DNA of 64,000 nucleotides from Phocaeicola sp. (GTDB lineage Bacteria; Bacteroidota; Bacteroidia; Bacteroidales; Bacteroidaceae): NCBI GenBank assembly GCA_051658485.1, contig JBOFMR010000130.1, positions 21,245 to 85,244 of the forward strand, read 5' to 3'. Shown piece by piece: positions 60,397 to 64,000 of this stretch (position 1 is its first letter; each line of letters starts with the position of its first letter). The notes under the pieces were generated by a model. It saw only the letters and a program-made list of their open reading frames with translations, ran no database searches and was not told where the DNA came from. The position numbers and the translations under genes were made by a program.

Positions 60397-61056
60397 CTAT
60401 ATTATTGCCTTTTTTGATTTGTCTTTCTTTCCTTCATCCAATACACCATCCATATTCGCTTCACCCAAATGCTTTACTCCATTAGAGTCAAAAACCTCAT
60501 AATGCGTTTTATGGAGCATATCTTTGTACCAATATCGTCCTGTAATTTTCTCCCGATATACCGGTGCACCTTGAAATGGACCGATACCACTACATTTCTC
60601 AAACCGAGTTGGATTAGAAAGTGAAAAGGAAAACACTCCCTTACTATCAGCATACTCAATTAAATCCTCATAATTACCGAAGCAGGGTATCTTTACAAAT
60701 GCTTGTGGGAGTTCTGTTTTATGTGTTGCATCTTGAAAAAGAACTAGTTCATTGCCACAATGGTTACTGCTATCAATACAAACGAATGCTGTAGTTTCGT
60801 TGATAGAACGCCATACTAAATGCTCCAACCCATCGTATTCAGGGAGTATATTGCAAGCCTCAATATCCCAATTGTAACAACCTACACTTTTATCAATATC
60901 CTTGTGCTGTATTAGCTGTAGGTCTCTAATAAAAGCCACACTCTCTTTATCGCTTTCTTTAAACCAGCATTTTATATCATTGTGCCTAGCCCCTCTTAAT
61001 TCTAATAAGATAGGACGTGTAACCTCATCAATTACCTTAAAATATACATTTAACAT
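60397..61056 (-). CDS. Putative defence effector (Menshen NsnC position) with a colicin E3-like RNase C-terminus
   Basis: Third gene after DUF262 and the DUF3696 ATPase; C-terminal GRYWYKDMLHKTHYEVFDSNGVKHLGEANMDG resembles colicin E3 GRKIYEWDSQHGELEGYRASDGQHLGSFDPKTG. Confidence 0.6.
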   Translation of the reverse strand: MLNVYFKVIDEVTRPILLELRGARHNDIKCWFKESDKESVAFIRDLQLIQHKDIDKSVGCYNWDIEACNILPEYDGLEHLVWRSINETTAFVCIDSSNHCGNELVLFQDATHKTELPQAFVKIPCFGNYEDLIEYADSKGVFSFSLSNPTRFEKCSGIGPFQGAPVYREKITGRYWYKDMLHKTHYEVFDSNGVKHLGEANMDGVLDEGKKDKSKKAII

Positions 61057-61062
61057 ACACTC

Positions 61063-62208
61063 CTATGCTTCAAATAACTTAAACATATCGCTTTCAGCTT
61101 GGTCAAAGAAGCCTTTGGGCTGGTGTTCCAATCTACCACTATCTAATATTTTCACTTCATCCATTTGCAGCGAGTGATCCTCTTTATTATAGAAGTTGTA
61201 GATAGAAATATCCTCTGGTGATAATCCTTTCGTCTTATTCAAACCGTAATCTTTGCAGGCCAACTGAATACCCGATATGATGTGATCGCTATGTGTCTCT
61301 ATGAGTACTTGGACTCCTTTGCTGACAACCATTGTAATAAGTTTTGCTAGTTCAGATTGCCCTTTAGGGTGAAGATGTGCCTCTGGATTTTCAATGATAA
61401 TCAAAGCACCAGGTCTAGCCGAAAGAAGAGCCACTACAACAGGCAGGGTATATGAGATACCATAACCTACATTTTCTGCCCTCAAGTCCTGAATGGATCT
61501 AATATTTTCACCACCCTTGTAGCCATAACTGATGGCATAAGAATTGTTATCTTTACCCGATTCTACACGAATGGTAACATTGGGACTAATTTTTCGTTCC
61601 CAGTAGATGGTTTGATTCAATAAACTCAAATCCTCCTCACCTCCATTGGTATAGTCAAAAGTATCTTCTCCACCAAATTTAACTAGAAACTGAGCCACCA
61701 ATTCGCCCTGTCCACACTCTAATGATATTTGCCGCTGACTTTCTGCTGCATAGGTCTCTTTTGGGAAAATACTTTTTCCACCCCAACGTGAAGCACTGAC
61801 GTACTGAAAATTGTTATTAAAGAGGGGAAGTTCGGTTAGTTTATCTGGATTAACATTATTACTATATTTTTTTTTACTTAAAAAGGAATCATTAAGTACC
61901 CTCTCGTCAGCATCGAAAACAAATTGAAAATGTTCTTCATTGTCTAACGATACTCTAAATAAGATTTCACCTTCTGAGGCTAGCCTATAAAGCGCATCAT
62001 TCCCAATACCGATATCACATAATGGTTTATTTAGATCTAAGCCTGCCATTAATCTTCCTTTTTGAAAGGTCTGTCTCAACAGCAATAGCGATTGAATAAG
62101 GCTTGATTTACCACACCCGTTTACACCCGTTAGTACAGTTAAGCCTTTTAATTGTATATCGGTATCTTTGTGACTCTTAAAGTTCTTTAATTGAAGTTTT
62201 GCTATCAT
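61063..62208 (-). CDS. ABC/AAA_15-type ATPase with C-terminal DUF3696 (Menshen NsnB-like)
   Basis: LKNFKSH, GVNGCGKSS Walker A, VGYGISYTLPVV signature, IIENPEAHLHP Walker B/D-loop, IETHSDH, QPKGFFDQ. Confidence 0.85.
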   Translation of the reverse strand: MIAKLQLKNFKSHKDTDIQLKGLTVLTGVNGCGKSSLIQSLLLLRQTFQKGRLMAGLDLNKPLCDIGIGNDALYRLASEGEILFRVSLDNEEHFQFVFDADERVLNDSFLSKKKYSNNVNPDKLTELPLFNNNFQYVSASRWGGKSIFPKETYAAESQRQISLECGQGELVAQFLVKFGGEDTFDYTNGGEEDLSLLNQTIYWERKISPNVTIRVESGKDNNSYAISYGYKGGENIRSIQDLRAENVGYGISYTLPVVVALLSARPGALIIIENPEAHLHPKGQSELAKLITMVVSKGVQVLIETHSDHIISGIQLACKDYGLNKTKGLSPEDISIYNFYNKEDHSLQMDEVKILDSGRLEHQPKGFFDQAESDMFKLFEA

Positions 62209-63349
62209 TTTCGTCAATTTTTATGCCGTTTATACTTTTAGTAAGAATATCATTAAAAATAGAAAAACGCTTTATTACGGTATCTCTTTTTCCTGTACCC
62301 CCGGAGAAGGCACTGTTATAAGGTTTGTTCTCACGCATCACTGTTATAAGATTCGTTTTAAATAGTTCTTTGTTTTGCAGTAACCGTGTAGCTTCTGAAT
62401 CGGACATATAAGCTAACCCCACTGATACGACCTCAAAATAGGCTTTGTTAAGTGGTTTCCTGACTGCCGCTTTATCGTCTCTTTTTCGAAAAGCGTCCGT
62501 TTCAAATATCTCAAATGCTAAATTCATTGCTTTTACAAATTGCATCCTCATCTCTTTTATCCGATTCTCATCAAACAACCCCTCCTTTATACCCTTCATG
62601 GTATCGTTTATGAATTTATCTAAGTCGGGCGAGTAGTTTTTATACCCATTCAGGTAGAAGGCTACAAACCGAGAGATAAAATCTTGGTCCTGTTTGCGCA
62701 GTGTAGGGATGGTTTCTTGGGTAGCCTTTAAGAACGAGGGCTCCTTCGCCATGCTCTTTACGACATTTATCGCTTTACCTATGTAAACCGCATTCCTTAT
62801 CTCTTGTGGTGTTAGTGTAATCCCCCCTGTATTCAGCCGTTTGAACAAGATGTACTTCACATCATCTGGAACTCCCTTTTCGAGCACATTCACTGTTACA
62901 GGTAGCATTCGTACGTCTCTTTTAATATCAAAAGGGAAGTCGTCATATCTTTTTGTGTTGAAGTTTGCCAGAAACTCCAAATCTTGAAGTTCCAATGACT
63001 CATCTACACAAAAGTTACGAATGGCGCAACAGCGCTGTAGCCCATCAATAATGCGCCACTCTCTTTTAGACACCTCCTCGAAGTAGAATGCAGGTAATCG
63101 TAACCCCAATAAAACCGATTCTATCAATCTACTTTGCTGTGTATCATCCCAAAGATTCTGACTACGTTGGTATTCTGTGTCAAAATCAATGTAATTATAT
63201 TGTATCATATCGATGATGTCGCCCAAATTCATGGGAGGTGTAGTCAATCGTATATCACTAGGCGAAAAGGGCTGTGTAATTAACTCACCTGACGATGTAT
63301 CTTCAGGCTCTATTTCAGGAGATTCTACCGATATTATTTTTTCTGTCAT
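62177..63349 (-). CDS. DUF262 (ParB/GmrS-like) protein (Menshen NsnA-like)
   Basis: EYQRSQNLWD..QQSRLIES.LLG...PAFY, IIDGLQR, FKRLNTGG..LT.QEIRNA; no DUF1524/HNH C-terminus visible. Confidence 0.85.
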   Translation of the reverse strand: MTEKIISVESPEIEPEDTSSGELITQPFSPSDIRLTTPPMNLGDIIDMIQYNYIDFDTEYQRSQNLWDDTQQSRLIESVLLGLRLPAFYFEEVSKREWRIIDGLQRCCAIRNFCVDESLELQDLEFLANFNTKRYDDFPFDIKRDVRMLPVTVNVLEKGVPDDVKYILFKRLNTGGITLTPQEIRNAVYIGKAINVVKSMAKEPSFLKATQETIPTLRKQDQDFISRFVAFYLNGYKNYSPDLDKFINDTMKGIKEGLFDENRIKEMRMQFVKAMNLAFEIFETDAFRKRDDKAAVRKPLNKAYFEVVSVGLAYMSDSEATRLLQNKELFKTNLITVMRENKPYNSAFSGGTGKRDTVIKRFSIFNDILTKSINGIKIDENDSKTSIKEL

Positions 63350-63360
63350 ATTATTATCTT

Positions 63361-64000
63361 TTAATCCTCACTACTCTCCAATCCCTTAATCGGCTCTACC
63401 AACGGATAGAACTTAGGATAGTTCACCTTTACCCCATCATCTAAATCGAGAGTTAAGCGGTGGCTGGCCATCTCTACCAATTGTAGCTCGAAGGCACGTA
63501 CCTCACGCACTTTGTTGCGTATCTCATCCACCGCCTTTAGTGCTTTGTTCTTTTGGGCTTGTGTCAACCCTTCACGGTCGGTTTCGTGCTCTGCCTCTTT
63601 GAGTTGTTGCTCTACCTTGTTGAGGTAGGGGTGTAGATAGTCGGCATGCAGTTTCGAGAGGGTATCGGGCTCAAGGCGGTGCATATAGACTAATGCTTTG
63701 AAATATCCCTTCTTCTTTTTATCTCCCATTCTAGAGGAGAAGAGCCAATAGATAGGACGCTTCTTATACATTTGCACATGGTCGGTATAGAAGTTCTTGT
63801 AGAGATAGTCACGTAGGTTGTCCCCTAAAGCTGCATTGATAAATTTAAGATTATCATTGTAATGCGCCTCTCCAAAGATACGTTTGATAGCCTCTTCGAT
63901 GCGTTTGGTCATATCATCGGCAAAGAAATCTTCCTCTTGGATGAATGGGATAATGCCATCATCATCTATGGCAAGGGTGCTTTGTGGAGTATCCTCCATT
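63361..64000 (-). CDS. pglX: BREX-1 adenine methyltransferase PglX, C-terminal part (5' end outside the window)
   Basis: IDDDGIIP, FYTDHVQMYKKRPIYWLFSS, FKALVYMHR, LDLDDGVKVNY.KF are typical PglX C-terminal motifs. Confidence 0.92.
   Translation of the reverse strand, partial: MEDTPQSTLAIDDDGIIPFIQEEDFFADDMTKRIEEAIKRIFGEAHYNDNLKFINAALGDNLRDYLYKNFYTDHVQMYKKRPIYWLFSSRMGDKKKKGYFKALVYMHRLEPDTLSKLHADYLHPYLNKVEQQLKEAEHETDREGLTQAQKNKALKAVDEIRNKVREVRAFELQLVEMASHRLTLDLDDGVKVNYPKFYPLVEPIKGLESSED

Noticed and set aside
1530-62636. Numerous 60-140 aa ORFs nested in or antisense to long genes in the ORF track
   Set aside because: Shadow frames of well-supported CDSs, with no independent motifs or initiation signals.
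62177-63349. Calling the DUF262 gene a GmrSD/BrxU type IV restriction enzyme
   Set aside because: No C-terminal DUF1524/HNH motif is visible, and the protein is paired with a DUF3696 ATPase, which fits a Menshen-like module better.
1-64000. IS elements, integrases, prophage genes, rRNA
   Set aside because: No transposase, recombinase, phage structural or rRNA signatures were recognised anywhere in the window.

Overview
A low-GC Bacteroidales (Bacteroidetes) chromosomal window. The taxonomic call rests on TAnnTTTG promoter boxes, AT-rich ribosome-binding regions, the FeoA-FeoB fusion and the lptE-TPR-secG block. Most of the window is housekeeping or accessory metabolism: a peptidoglycan/MurNAc salvage locus (SpoIID/LytB, AmpG-like MFS, DUF5009 membrane protein, MurK-like kinase, murQ), valS, FNT channel, GT90, GH2, peptidases, prmA, part of the menaquinone pathway (menB, menC, menE), feoAB, a MacAB-TolC-like exporter with a LytS/LytTR pair split off by hicAB, and two tRNAs (Ser-GCT, Cys-GCA). 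The last ~9 kb is the distal half of a type 1 BREX locus (pglX...pglZ-brxL). Between pglX and pglZ sits a Menshen-like triad (DUF262, DUF3696 ATPase, third gene) plus an internally deleted AlbA/Schlafen-HATPase gene. The triad's third gene ends in a motif that aligns by eye with the colicin E3 rRNase active site, which is the strongest novelty candidate. At the DNA level there is a dispersed ~180-bp intergenic repeat family with a conserved 22-bp end (7 sites), a duplicated 93-bp promoter module, two unusually long perfect hairpins (26 and 30 bp) and a degenerate 65-bp tandem repeat. No CRISPR array, integrase or transposase was seen. All family calls come from motif recognition by eye, not database searches.
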